Source of the DNA: an uncultured Dehalococcoidia bacterium
Lineage (GTDB): Bacteria; Chloroflexota; Dehalococcoidia; Lucifugimonadales; UBA826
DNA: 54,670 nt
Direction: 5' to 3'
NCBI GenBank assembly: GCA_964652755.1
Contig: CAZZBP010000004.1
Location: forward strand, 1-54,670
Shown piece after piece: positions 8,618-17,607 of the stretch. Within the stretch, counting starts at the first letter, position 1. Each line of letters begins with the position of its first letter. A program made the position numbers and the translations under genes. Below the pieces are notes generated by a model. It was not told where the DNA came from, did no database searches, and was given only the letters and a program-made list of their open reading frames with translations.

Positions 8618-10765
8618 TTAATTTTTTCGACTTTTCTTAATCACGAGTATTAGCAGAGCGCAAGCTACAAAAAATGAACCTCCCATCATCATGATTAAAC
8701 GGGAGACGCCTCGGAGCGCCTCCTCTCCAACACTGGGAAGACCGAGCCCGAGCACATGCGAACTTTCCAGCAGGGAAACATTTGCGGAGCCTAAAATGAC
8801 ATCGTTTCCAGAAAGATACATTTTCAATGAAACAGATTCGCTGTTCCCCTCCACGTTCACAGCTAGGACTTCAAACTCATAATTTACATCTTCAGAAAGT
8901 CCTTGAAAGACAACAGCCAGACTGGACGCATCTGTACTCGTCGCAAGGTTGCCTGGGACCCCTGACACCAGATAACCGGTTATCGGCATACCACCATCCG
9001 CAAAAGTCTCAGACCAGGAAAGTGAAATCCCAGTATCCACGATAGTAGCGTCAAAACCAACGGGGGGAGCAGGGGGCAAAAAGGGAAGTCTGGCGAACCC
9101 ATATCCCCAAGTATTATTTGGGACCTCATCGCGGGGGTCTGCAAACGATTTCAGGTAACCAACAACCTGTGCCGGAGTGAACTCCGGAAAGCGTTCTTTA
9201 ACGAGTGCCGCGAGGCCTGCAACATGAGGTGCCGCCTGACTAGTTCCTTTCCATACGGACCGAGAGGCTGTATCTACACCATCCGGCCCAACTATGTCTG
9301 GTTTAGTTCGCCCATCGGGTGTCGGCCCTCTGGCACTATTTGGATTTATTAGGAAGGGATTGGTTATGCTCGCTGATCCTACCGCAAGCATCCCCGTATT
9401 ATTGCTTTCTGATGGGTTGGAGATCGAATAACCGGAAGTATAAATTGCAAAAACCTGGCTTGTGTGTGCTTGTAATTGCAGCCACGCCGGTATGGGACCA
9501 GACCTCCCTAAAACTGCGAAACTATAACGTCCTGATTGTACCGGGACGTATGAAAGTCTTTCTGTAGGTAATTGACCTTGCCCGCCCGATTGTAAACCAA
9601 CACTTTTTGCTACAGATTGTTCGATAGTCGATCCATAGGGATACAAGTAAAGGTTCAAGTCGGTGGACGGGTTTTCCCATGAGTCATTCCAACGTAATTG
9701 CAGCGCAAAAGGTTCGCCCTCCACCAATTGAACATAATTTGAATTTGTATCGACATCGAAGTTTAGTACGGAGTCATTATCATAGTCGGTGAAAGTACCA
9801 AACCATGTTGACTTTCTCTCGTTTCCTACTCCATTTATCCAAGTTATTCCATTCTGTACTGCGTAGTTCACCGTATTAAGCGGGCTATCGCTTCTTTGTG
9901 AAGTACCATCCCCAGGACCGTCCCATAACCACCCCACTGAATGGTTTATCACGACAACCCCCTCCGACACCATCCACTCAACAGTGTCCCTCAGTGTCGC
10001 GGGACTTTGTGGATTCGCTATATACAAAGCAGCTTTAGGAGCGACATCCATGACTAATTCCGAGACTGAAGTGCCGTGATCGGAATCGATTTCACAAGCT
10101 GAGACATCATTCTCGGTCCAATCCACGATCGACGAATAGCACCGGGAATATACTACCGATGGTAACTCGATTCCCATGTGATCTGAGAATTCTTTGAATC
10201 CTCCGTCAATCACCCCTATTTTTACAGCTCTTCCAAAATATCCGCTATCATGCCATATATCTGAACGAATCATTGATACTGCATTGCCAGTGCCGCTTGA
10301 AGTTTTTTTCTCATCAAACGATGTTGGGGCCGTTATCGCCTCAATTTTCACGACCTCCCTTTTATTAGCCAAAGGAACTATAAGCTCGATCGGGACTAAG
10401 GCCTCCAGATAGTCATTCCCTATAGAACCAACTCTTCCACCCCACATCTGAACGAGAAGTCCAAGCTTATAGGGGTTTTCTGCAACCCGCACTGAAATCG
10501 GAAACCTTTCATTATCTCCAGAGAAAAAGGATTGACGGACCTCAGGCACCCTTAATCTAGACTCCAGCATAAGATTCAGTCGGGAATCGAGTTTGGAATG
10601 AAAGTTATCCAGCAAAGAGGCTTCAAAAGGCATGTGTTCAGCGACGTCGAAGGAACCCTCACTTACCTCTTTACCTCCAGATATTTCGGTTCTAAGGAAA
10701 AATCCGTGGAACGTCAATAAAAATGTAAATACGAGAGTTAAATTAAGTATTTTCCTTACGGACAT
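8618..10765 (-). CDS. Secreted, membrane-anchored S8 (subtilisin-like) serine peptidase with an FN3-like domain
   Basis: Catalytic triad motifs 'IGVIDGG', 'DHGTSV' and 'GTSQAAPHVAGLAAL'. Signal peptide 'MSVRKILNLTLVFTFLLTF', C-terminal TM helix plus 'KKSRKN'. Start set at the ATG at 10765 because codons upstream are the antisense of a tRNA gene. Confidence 0.8.
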   Translation of the reverse strand: MSVRKILNLTLVFTFLLTFHGFFLRTEISGGKEVSEGSFDVAEHMPFEASLLDNFHSKLDSRLNLMLESRLRVPEVRQSFFSGDNERFPISVRVAENPYKLGLLVQMWGGRVGSIGNDYLEALVPIELIVPLANKREVVKIEAITAPTSFDEKKTSSGTGNAVSMIRSDIWHDSGYFGRAVKIGVIDGGFKEFSDHMGIELPSVVYSRCYSSIVDWTENDVSACEIDSDHGTSVSELVMDVAPKAALYIANPQSPATLRDTVEWMVSEGVVVINHSVGWLWDGPGDGTSQRSDSPLNTVNYAVQNGITWINGVGNERKSTWFGTFTDYDNDSVLNFDVDTNSNYVQLVEGEPFALQLRWNDSWENPSTDLNLYLYPYGSTIEQSVAKSVGLQSGGQGQLPTERLSYVPVQSGRYSFAVLGRSGPIPAWLQLQAHTSQVFAIYTSGYSISNPSESNNTGMLAVGSASITNPFLINPNSARGPTPDGRTKPDIVGPDGVDTASRSVWKGTSQAAPHVAGLAALVKERFPEFTPAQVVGYLKSFADPRDEVPNNTWGYGFARLPFLPPAPPVGFDATIVDTGISLSWSETFADGGMPITGYLVSGVPGNLATSTDASSLAVVFQGLSEDVNYEFEVLAVNVEGNSESVSLKMYLSGNDVILGSANVSLLESSHVLGLGLPSVGEEALRGVSRLIMMMGGSFFVACALLILVIKKSRKN

Positions 10766-10817
10766 AGTAGCGGCAAAGCGTATGTGAAAATATACATTCT
10801 CATTAGTAGTCCATGCC

Positions 10818-10889
10818 TCGGGGTGGCCGGGATCGAACCGGCGACCTCCTGTTCCCAAAACAGGCGCGCTACCGCTGCGCCACACCCCG
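10818..10889 (-). tRNA. tRNA-Pro (anticodon UGG); CCA not encoded
   Basis: Reverse complement folds as a perfect 72 nt cloverleaf. Acceptor CGGGGTG/CACCCCG, D stem GCGC/GCGC, anticodon stem CCTGT/ACAGG with loop TT-TGG-GA, T arm GCCGG-TTCGATC-CCGGC, discriminator A. The next 3 nt are GGC, not CCA. Confidence 0.93.
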
Positions 10890-11165
10890 TATGCTTGGAA
10901 AAATCCTTCCTAGATTACATTCTGACATGTGAGAGGTAAAGCACCAGTGTTTCTCGCAAAGTTTCAGTTCCCACTTAAGTTTTCTACTTTAGGCACGGTA
11001 AAAACGAAATGGAAGTTACTTTAACGCTACTCCTATGCGGGCGAGTTAAGTTCCATATACAATTCGTGCTCTCGTAGATTTGATTAAGGCAGCACGTCTG
11101 AGATTTAGATCCAAATACTGTTGTCAACTCTACGAAGAGTTCGTACTCATAAGGAGGGATTAGTC

Positions 11166-12032
11166 ATGGCTACAGTGGGAAGCGGTGATTACAGATATGA
11201 GAGAGTACCTTCGTGGCCTGAAATGCCAAAATATTGGGCCTTTGGCGCAGCCTCGGATGGCGCAGTCAATTCTAAAGATGAAGTCCACATTTTCAGTAGA
11301 GGAGAACATCCTCTAACAATCTGGAATACAAATGGCAATTTTATATCTTCATGGGGCGAAGGGACTTTCTCCGCCAATCCACATGGTATTTACATAGCCC
11401 CAAACGATAATGTCTGGTTGGTTGACCGGGATTTTCATATAGCGACTGAATATAGCCCCGGAGGACAGGTGCTCAGAACCCTAGGTGAAAAGCTGGCACC
11501 ATCTCCATCGTTCCAGGGTATTCCATTTAATATGCCCTCCGGACTTGCAATTGCTCCAAACGGTGAACTATTCGTGTCAGACGGCTACGGAGGCCATAGG
11601 GTGCATAAGTTCAGCCCTGAAGGAGAGTTACTCCTTTCCTGGGGAAGGCAAGGAACTGGCCCGGGAGAATTCGCTCTTCTTCATAATATCTGGGTAGACA
11701 AAGACAGCAGGGTCATTATATGCGACAGGGAAAACGATAGGATTCAGATTTTCGAAGATGATGGTACCTTTGTTGAGGAATGGACAGACATATCCAAGCC
11801 AGGAGATGTGTGGGTTCATGAAAACTTAGTCTACTGTGTGGAACAGGGTGAGCATGGCGGCGTCAGTATATGGACCCTCTCAGGTGAAGTCGTTTCCAGG
11901 TGGAAGATTGATGATGAACCCGGAAGAGGTACCATAATTGGTGGCCATGGCATAACAGTGGATTCTGAAGGATCAATATACGTAACTGAGATAGGAACCG
12001 GCGAGAGAGTATCCAAATTTGTCCGTGTCTAG
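11166..12032 (+). CDS. NHL-repeat six-bladed beta-propeller protein (peptidyl-hydroxyglycine lyase-like fold)
   Basis: Repeated 'P.G(I/L)A...G...V.D....R(V/I).(K/I)F' units, for example 'PSGLAIAPNGELFVSDGYGGHRVHKF' and 'ICDRENDRIQIF'. SD 'AAGGAGG' lies 8 nt upstream of the ATG at 11166. The tracked TTG at 11121 is less likely. Confidence 0.6.
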   Translation: MATVGSGDYRYERVPSWPEMPKYWAFGAASDGAVNSKDEVHIFSRGEHPLTIWNTNGNFISSWGEGTFSANPHGIYIAPNDNVWLVDRDFHIATEYSPGGQVLRTLGEKLAPSPSFQGIPFNMPSGLAIAPNGELFVSDGYGGHRVHKFSPEGELLLSWGRQGTGPGEFALLHNIWVDKDSRVIICDRENDRIQIFEDDGTFVEEWTDISKPGDVWVHENLVYCVEQGEHGGVSIWTLSGEVVSRWKIDDEPGRGTIIGGHGITVDSEGSIYVTEIGTGERVSKFVRV

Positions 12033-12093
12033 AAATGGAATATCTAATATTTAGATTTGGCTTAATCTTAATAAAGATAAAGGAGCTTTAGCA

Positions 12094-12864
12094 ATAGACG
12101 AGCAACGAATCCGAGTACTTCTGGAAAATATACGAAGTGGCCGAACCGATGTTGACTCAGGAGTAGATGCGTTAAGGGGTCTACCTTTTGAGGATCTAGG
12201 CTTTGCTCAAGTTGATCACCATCGCTCTATACGACAAGGCTTTCCGGAAGTAGTCTTCGGACAAGGAAAAACACCACAGCAAATAGCCGATATTTCCTCC
12301 GCTATAATGTCGCGTTCGGGCAGGCTCCTTGTTACGCGAGCAAGTGAAGATGCGTTTGCCGCCGTAAAAAAGCAGCTGCCAGAAGCAGAATATGAACAAT
12401 CAGCCCGGATTATTACTGCAGGGAAGCCGAAAAATGAGTGCAGCTTGCCAGGCGTTCTCATCGCCTGTGCAGGAACATCCGATCTCCCGGTCGCAATCGA
12501 GGCAGCGTTGACTGCAGAAATGATGGGATGTGTTGCGGAACGTATTTTTGACGTTGGCGTAGCAGGAATACACAGGCTATTTGACAAGCTAGACAATCTG
12601 AACGAGGCCCGTGCTATCGTGGCGGTCGCTGGAATGGAGGGCGCCCTTCCGTCAGTTATTGGAGGATTGGTGGACGTTCCGATCATAGCTGTTCCAACAA
12701 GTGTTGGATATGGAGCAAACCTAGGGGGGATTGCTGCATTGTTAGCTATGTTAAACAGCTGTGCGCCGGGTATTGCCGTTGTGAATATTGACAATGGCTT
12801 CGGTGCAGGATATCTCGCGGCAAACATAATTTTATCCGCAGAGAGAAAAGCCAAACAAGTATAA
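12094..12864 (+). CDS. larB: Nickel-pincer cofactor biosynthesis protein LarB (PurE-like pyridinium-3,5-biscarboxylic acid mononucleotide synthase)
   Basis: C-terminal AIR-carboxylase-like domain 'ACAGTSDLPVA', 'VAVAGMEGALPSV.GG' and 'PVIAVPTSVGYG'. The conserved N-terminus 'LGFAQVDHHRSIRQGFPEVVFGQGKTPQQI' is encoded upstream of the first ATG (12307) in the same frame. The 5' end is uncertain: no ATG, GTG or TTG is in frame. 'AAGGAG' at 12080-12085 lies 8 nt before an ATA at 12094. Confidence 0.7.
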   Translation: MDEQRIRVLLENIRSGRTDVDSGVDALRGLPFEDLGFAQVDHHRSIRQGFPEVVFGQGKTPQQIADISSAIMSRSGRLLVTRASEDAFAAVKKQLPEAEYEQSARIITAGKPKNECSLPGVLIACAGTSDLPVAIEAALTAEMMGCVAERIFDVGVAGIHRLFDKLDNLNEARAIVAVAGMEGALPSVIGGLVDVPIIAVPTSVGYGANLGGIAALLAMLNSCAPGIAVVNIDNGFGAGYLAANIILSAERKAKQV

Positions 12865-12882
12865 GCCCACTCAGGAGCTAAC

Positions 12883-14457
12883 ATGTCAGACAGAGCATTC
12901 ACCACTTATCCATACGGTATGACATCAAAAAAGGAACCTCTAAATGGCCTCGTTTGCGGTGATTTTCAAACCGCAGATAATATCTATAGAATCGCTTTAG
13001 TCAGCGGTCTCTCCGGTAAAATAGCCTCACGAGAGGCACACGAGGAAGCTTTAGACGTACTTCTTAATACCCCTAAAGAATTGTCTTTTATCGCTGCTGA
13101 TCTAAGCAGGACTAACGCCAGCTTGGCTGAATCCTCCTACCCTGCCAACGACGGGTATTTTTTTGACCAAACATGTCCGGAGTCTAGGTACCTGTGGCGG
13201 TGGATTACGATGGAGGCACCAGACATTGTTCTGGAATTGGACCCTGGGTCCCCCAGATCCGTGAAATACTACACAGGAGGCGCTAACGATGGTTCGTTGT
13301 TATCTGCCCTGGCAAGCGGTAAAGGGCAGACCCCGGGACCAATCCCCGGGATAAGACTCACATGTCCGACCGATACTGTTGGTAAGGAAGTGGAAGCGGT
13401 CCTTGATAAAATCCGGTCCGATTCTCCTACACTGTCGGGCGCTCGATCCGAACTTGACAAACGATCAGCAAGATCTCCTCTAAATACGGCCCGTGTTCTC
13501 GGGAAAATTTACGGTTACAAACTTGACGAGCCAGTTAACTACGTTCAAGGAGTAGCAATTAGCGGTCGAATGAGGCTTAGCAACCTAGATCCTGCCTACC
13601 CTGACCCTGCGGACAGCGTAGTCAAACTAGTAGAATTTCTTAATACGGAAGCTGGTTTCGCCGGCAACGATAGGACAGGGCCCAATTTAGCAGCCATGTG
13701 CTGGGCAGAAGATCTCCTCGAGTCGACACGTGACGAAATATGGAAGAATCTACTGTTGAAAGCTGCTAACACATACAATCAATCCAAGAGCGGTACTGCA
13801 CCGTACCCCTGCCATCCAGACTTTGGCTGTGAAGATATGTTTTTCATTTCGGCGATGTGTGGGCGTGCCTACAAGATTACCGGAGACGAGCAATATTTGG
13901 ATACATATAGCAACTTCCTGTTGGAGGCTGATATCCAGCAGAGCGACGGCCTCTTTTGGCATTGCAGATCGGCTCCCTATTTTTGGGGTAGAGGTAATGG
14001 TTTTGCGGCCCTGGCATTCGCTGAAGGCCTCACATACATGCCCGATCAACATTCCTCAAGGAATGAACTTATTGCGATGCACACACACCACCTTGATGGT
14101 CTCTCTAGATTGCAACAACCTTCTGGCATGTGGACTCAACTACTCGACTATCCAGGAACCTATCAGGAAATGTCTGCCACCTGCATGATTGGCTATTCTA
14201 TGGCAAGGGGAATACGGTTGGGATGGTTGGATCAAAGATTCCTCTCCGTTCTGGAAAAAGCCTGGGATGGGGTCAACAGAAGGATTTCGAACCAAGGCGA
14301 TCTGGTCGATGTTTGTACCGGGACTGGTTTTCAGGAAAGCCGTGAGGACTATATTTACAGAGCGGCCGAATACGGGTACGACGACAGAGGCGGATCTATG
14401 GCAATTTGGTTTGCCACAGAAATGGAAAGGCTACAGCGATCCATAAGTAACAGGTAG
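12883..14457 (+). CDS. GH88/GH105-like (unsaturated glucuronyl/rhamnogalacturonyl hydrolase-like) protein with a ~250 aa N-terminal extension
   Basis: 524 aa. The C-terminal half has 'FWGRGNGFAALAFAE', 'MWTQLLD' and 'DDRGGSMAIWFATE', reminiscent of the YteR/UGL (alpha/alpha)6 barrel. SD 'CAGGAGC' precedes the ATG. The N-terminal half is unassigned. Confidence 0.5.
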   Translation: MSDRAFTTYPYGMTSKKEPLNGLVCGDFQTADNIYRIALVSGLSGKIASREAHEEALDVLLNTPKELSFIAADLSRTNASLAESSYPANDGYFFDQTCPESRYLWRWITMEAPDIVLELDPGSPRSVKYYTGGANDGSLLSALASGKGQTPGPIPGIRLTCPTDTVGKEVEAVLDKIRSDSPTLSGARSELDKRSARSPLNTARVLGKIYGYKLDEPVNYVQGVAISGRMRLSNLDPAYPDPADSVVKLVEFLNTEAGFAGNDRTGPNLAAMCWAEDLLESTRDEIWKNLLLKAANTYNQSKSGTAPYPCHPDFGCEDMFFISAMCGRAYKITGDEQYLDTYSNFLLEADIQQSDGLFWHCRSAPYFWGRGNGFAALAFAEGLTYMPDQHSSRNELIAMHTHHLDGLSRLQQPSGMWTQLLDYPGTYQEMSATCMIGYSMARGIRLGWLDQRFLSVLEKAWDGVNRRISNQGDLVDVCTGTGFQESREDYIYRAAEYGYDDRGGSMAIWFATEMERLQRSISNR

Positions 14458-15258
14458 ATGCTTGCATCCATCCTGCTCGGACTAATTCAAGGCATCACCG
14501 AATGGCTACCCGTAAGCTCAGAAGGTTTGGTCACCGCTTCTGCAACCTTTTTACTAGATACGAATTTAGAAGATGCCATAGGAATTTCGCTGTGGCTTCA
14601 CTTGGGAACAGCCCTGGCCGCACTTTTGTCATTCAAGGCGGATATACTCAACTTGACGAAGAGATTTATGGGGAAGCCCTCGGACCGCAAAGGAGAGATA
14701 GGATTCTTATTCTTAGGAACTGCTGTTAGTGCGCTAATAGGGCTTCCTTTGCTTTTGCTTGCAGGTGAAATATTTCAATCAGACTCTACAAAAAACGGCA
14801 CCCAAACTTTTGCCGCGCTAATCGGGATATTCATGATCGTCACAGGGGTGATCTTACTTCGCAGTGAACGAACAGGAAAACGTAAAAGAAACGACTCCGG
14901 AACGATTGATGCGATCCTCACCGGCATTGCACAGGGATTTTCAGTATTACCTGGATTAAGTAGGTCTGGTTTAACAGTTTCCGTCCTCTTGGCAAGAGGA
15001 ATGGATAGAAGAGACGCTCTAACATTGAGCTTTCTGTTGAGTATACCTGCAGCGATAGGGGCCAGCCTATACATTGTTCTTTCTAGCGGTATCATACTTT
15101 CAACAGAACATCTCGTAGCGGTAGGCGTATCCTTCATAACGGGACTCGTGACCATTAGAATATTGCTAAAATTGGCCGATAGGATCAATTTCGGGATTTT
15201 CGTAATCTCCGTAGGAACACTCCTAGCATCAAATATATTTTTTGCTGGACTGATCTAA
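14458..15258 (+). CDS. uppP: Undecaprenyl-diphosphate phosphatase (BacA/UppP family)
   Basis: 266 aa polytopic membrane protein. Has 'QGITEWLPVSS' (the EGLTEFLPVSS equivalent) and 'PGLSRSGLTVS' (the PGxSRSGxT motif). The ATG directly abuts the upstream TAG. Confidence 0.8.
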   Translation: MLASILLGLIQGITEWLPVSSEGLVTASATFLLDTNLEDAIGISLWLHLGTALAALLSFKADILNLTKRFMGKPSDRKGEIGFLFLGTAVSALIGLPLLLLAGEIFQSDSTKNGTQTFAALIGIFMIVTGVILLRSERTGKRKRNDSGTIDAILTGIAQGFSVLPGLSRSGLTVSVLLARGMDRRDALTLSFLLSIPAAIGASLYIVLSSGIILSTEHLVAVGVSFITGLVTIRILLKLADRINFGIFVISVGTLLASNIFFAGLI

Positions 15259-15398
15259 AACTTTACAAAATGCTTGTATCCTGTCGCGATAACAATTTCA
15301 GTTAAGGAGAATGTTAATCACACAGTCATTTGCAAATTTTTCGACCGCAAAGCCAACAAACCAAAAGTAAAAAGGGACACTTGCAGGAGATAATAAAT

Positions 15399-16460
15399 AT
15401 GGATATCGGAGTTGGACTTGATCCTACACTGGGCTTGACACTCGAACAGCAATTTGAACTTTCGCGCGAGGCAGCCCGACTTGGATATCAAAGCATATGG
15501 ACACCTGAAGGTACTGGGCAGGATTCATACCAAATGTGTCTAATGAGGTGGGCAGCAAGTAAAGAGGTAATAGAGGGAGGACTTGAAACAGGGATCGCAG
15601 TTTCACCCGTCATATGGAGAAGCCCGGCGGCATTTGCAATGGCTGGGGGAACGGTAAGTCAGATGACCGGCGGACGATTTATCATGGGGATTGGTTCAGG
15701 ACAGGCACACTTACCCATTGGAAGGAGGGTGATGAAGCTGCAACAGATGTCCGCCTTGACATTAATGCGGGAATACCTGGTCATCATAAGAGGACTCCTC
15801 AGAGGCGAAAAAGTGGATTATCAAGGCGAAGTGGCTACCTTGAGGGGAATTAGATTAGGAATCAGACCTGCCCCCGAAACCCCCGTTTATCTTGGTGCCC
15901 TAGGACCTAAGATGCTGCAACTTGCCGGTGAGCTATCGGACGGTGCTGCGTTGAATTGGTGTGCCCCAGATCAAATCGCCTGGAGCCGCGAGAGAATAAC
16001 GGAAGGTGCGACACAAGTAGGTCGTGACCCGTCAGAAGTAAAGGTATCTGAGTACATTAGGGTTTGCGTGGATGAAAATGAGGATCGAGCTCGTATAGCT
16101 CTTGCCAAGGCGACGATGAATTATGCATTGGGACCGGTTGTTCCTACCGAAACGCAGAGGAGATTTGGATACCGGGCTCATTTCGAGCGAATGGGTTTTA
16201 CCTCAGAGCTGGGGAGACTTGACGAAATGAGAAAAACCGGTGCTAGCAACGACGATATTGCTGAGGCTTTCCCGGAGAACATATTGCGGGCAGTCGCCTA
16301 TTTTGGAAAGTCGGAGGGAGCAGCAGCCGAATTTGCCAGACTTTCAAAAGGATTAGACAACGCGATCGTGAGAGTCGTTTCTTCAAGGCCTGGCACAGTC
16401 GAAGGAACCCTTGATGTGATGAATGCCTGCGCGCCTCAAACAGTAAGGGCGCATATCTAG
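15399..16460 (+). CDS. LLM-class F420/flavin-dependent oxidoreductase, paralogue 2
   Basis: 'ARLGYQSIWTPE' and 'GRFIMGIGSG' fit the luciferase-like TIM-barrel pattern. Start set at the ATG at 15399 with SD 'AGGAGA' 8 nt upstream. The tracked TTG at 15330 is less likely. Confidence 0.7.
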   Translation: MDIGVGLDPTLGLTLEQQFELSREAARLGYQSIWTPEGTGQDSYQMCLMRWAASKEVIEGGLETGIAVSPVIWRSPAAFAMAGGTVSQMTGGRFIMGIGSGQAHLPIGRRVMKLQQMSALTLMREYLVIIRGLLRGEKVDYQGEVATLRGIRLGIRPAPETPVYLGALGPKMLQLAGELSDGAALNWCAPDQIAWSRERITEGATQVGRDPSEVKVSEYIRVCVDENEDRARIALAKATMNYALGPVVPTETQRRFGYRAHFERMGFTSELGRLDEMRKTGASNDDIAEAFPENILRAVAYFGKSEGAAAEFARLSKGLDNAIVRVVSSRPGTVEGTLDVMNACAPQTVRAHI

Positions 16461-16463
16461 GAA

Positions 16464-17408
16464 ATGCCAGAAATGATCAGCATCGGCGAGTGCATGATAG
16501 AGCTTTTCTCTGAAGAGCCGCTTGAGACAGCAAGTACTTTCACAAGGTCGTTCGCAGGTGACAGTTTCAATATTCTAGTAGCCGCGAACAGGCTAGGAAC
16601 CTCAACCGGTTATATCACCAAACTTGGAAACGATCCGTTTAAAAGCTACCTCGAAAATTCTTTTCTCGCAGAGGGAGTTGATACGTCTCACGTCATAACG
16701 TCAGACTCGGGAGGATTCAACGCAGCGCATTTTGTCGCGGTAATGCCGAATGGCGAAAGAGAGTTTGTTTACTACCGTAAGGGCAGCGCTCCTTCCACCA
16801 TAGCCCCCAGCGACCTAAACGAGCATTACATAACAAAAGCGAAGGTCATGCATTGCAGTGGTATAGCGCAAGCTATATCTCCTTCTGCTAGAAACACAGT
16901 ACTCCGGGCTGCGGAGATCGCTCATAGAAACGGAGTTACCGTGTCATACGACCCCAATTACAGACATCAACTTTGGAACCCTGACGAAGCTCGCGTGGCT
17001 ATGGAAGAGTTGATGCCTTTCGTTGATATATTTCTGCCCAGCTCTCCAGCCGATTCTGTACCATTATTTGGAACTGAAGACCCAGAAGATGTTATACGTG
17101 AAGCCGAAAATAGAGGTGTGGATATAACTGTGGTAACAATGGGGGAAGATGGAGCAATTGTAAGTGGGAGAGGGGAGACGATACGACTCGACCCCGAACC
17201 TGCCGGTATCATTGTAGATACTACTGGTGCTGGGGATGCATTCAAGGGGGGATTCATCCACGGCTTAATCGAGGGTCTCACATTGGAAGAGTCTGCTTTA
17301 TTGGGCAATATCTCAGCGGGTATTACAGTTACTGGCCGAGGAGCGCTAGGAACAATACCCGGAGGAGCCACAGTGTATCGAATTCTAGAAACTATTCAGG
17401 CAAAGTGA
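16464..17408 (+). CDS. PfkB-family sugar kinase (2-dehydro-3-deoxygluconokinase-like)
   Basis: 314 aa. N-terminal 'FAGDSFN' and C-terminal 'DTTGAGDAF' are the PfkB signatures. Confidence 0.8.
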   Translation: MPEMISIGECMIELFSEEPLETASTFTRSFAGDSFNILVAANRLGTSTGYITKLGNDPFKSYLENSFLAEGVDTSHVITSDSGGFNAAHFVAVMPNGEREFVYYRKGSAPSTIAPSDLNEHYITKAKVMHCSGIAQAISPSARNTVLRAAEIAHRNGVTVSYDPNYRHQLWNPDEARVAMEELMPFVDIFLPSSPADSVPLFGTEDPEDVIREAENRGVDITVVTMGEDGAIVSGRGETIRLDPEPAGIIVDTTGAGDAFKGGFIHGLIEGLTLEESALLGNISAGITVTGRGALGTIPGGATVYRILETIQAK

Positions 17409-17600
17409 ATGAATCACCAAGAGCGCGTTCAATTCTTAATTAACAGCCTTGACCAGATTCCATCCTGCCCAGGATGTGGAATGCGCTGGAGCACCGGGGA
17501 TTACGAATGTCCACATTGTGGCGAGGACTTGGATGAAAATCTCACTACATGGGCGGAATCAGTTCTGAGCCGTATGTCCGCTCACTCTGATTCACCCTGA
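17409..17600 (+). CDS. Small zinc-ribbon protein (CxxC-x10-CxxC)
   Basis: 63 aa containing 'CPGCGMRWSTGDYECPHCG'. Its ATG abuts the kinase stop (TGAATG), which suggests translational coupling. Confidence 0.45.
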   Translation: MNHQERVQFLINSLDQIPSCPGCGMRWSTGDYECPHCGEDLDENLTTWAESVLSRMSAHSDSP

Positions 17601-17607
17601 GGGTGAT

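Noticed and set aside
10766-10885. N-terminal 40 codons of the tracked 755 aa ORF ('MWRSGSAPVLGTGGRRFDPGHPEAW...')
   Set aside because: This stretch is the antisense-frame translation of the tRNA-Pro gene (10818-10889). The real peptidase start is the ATG at 10765, which yields a normal signal peptide.
12216-12905. 229 aa minus-strand ORF overlapping larB
   Set aside because: It is an Ala/Pro/Ser-rich shadow ORF antisense to a gene with clear LarB motifs on the plus strand. It has no recognisable motif and overlaps two real genes.
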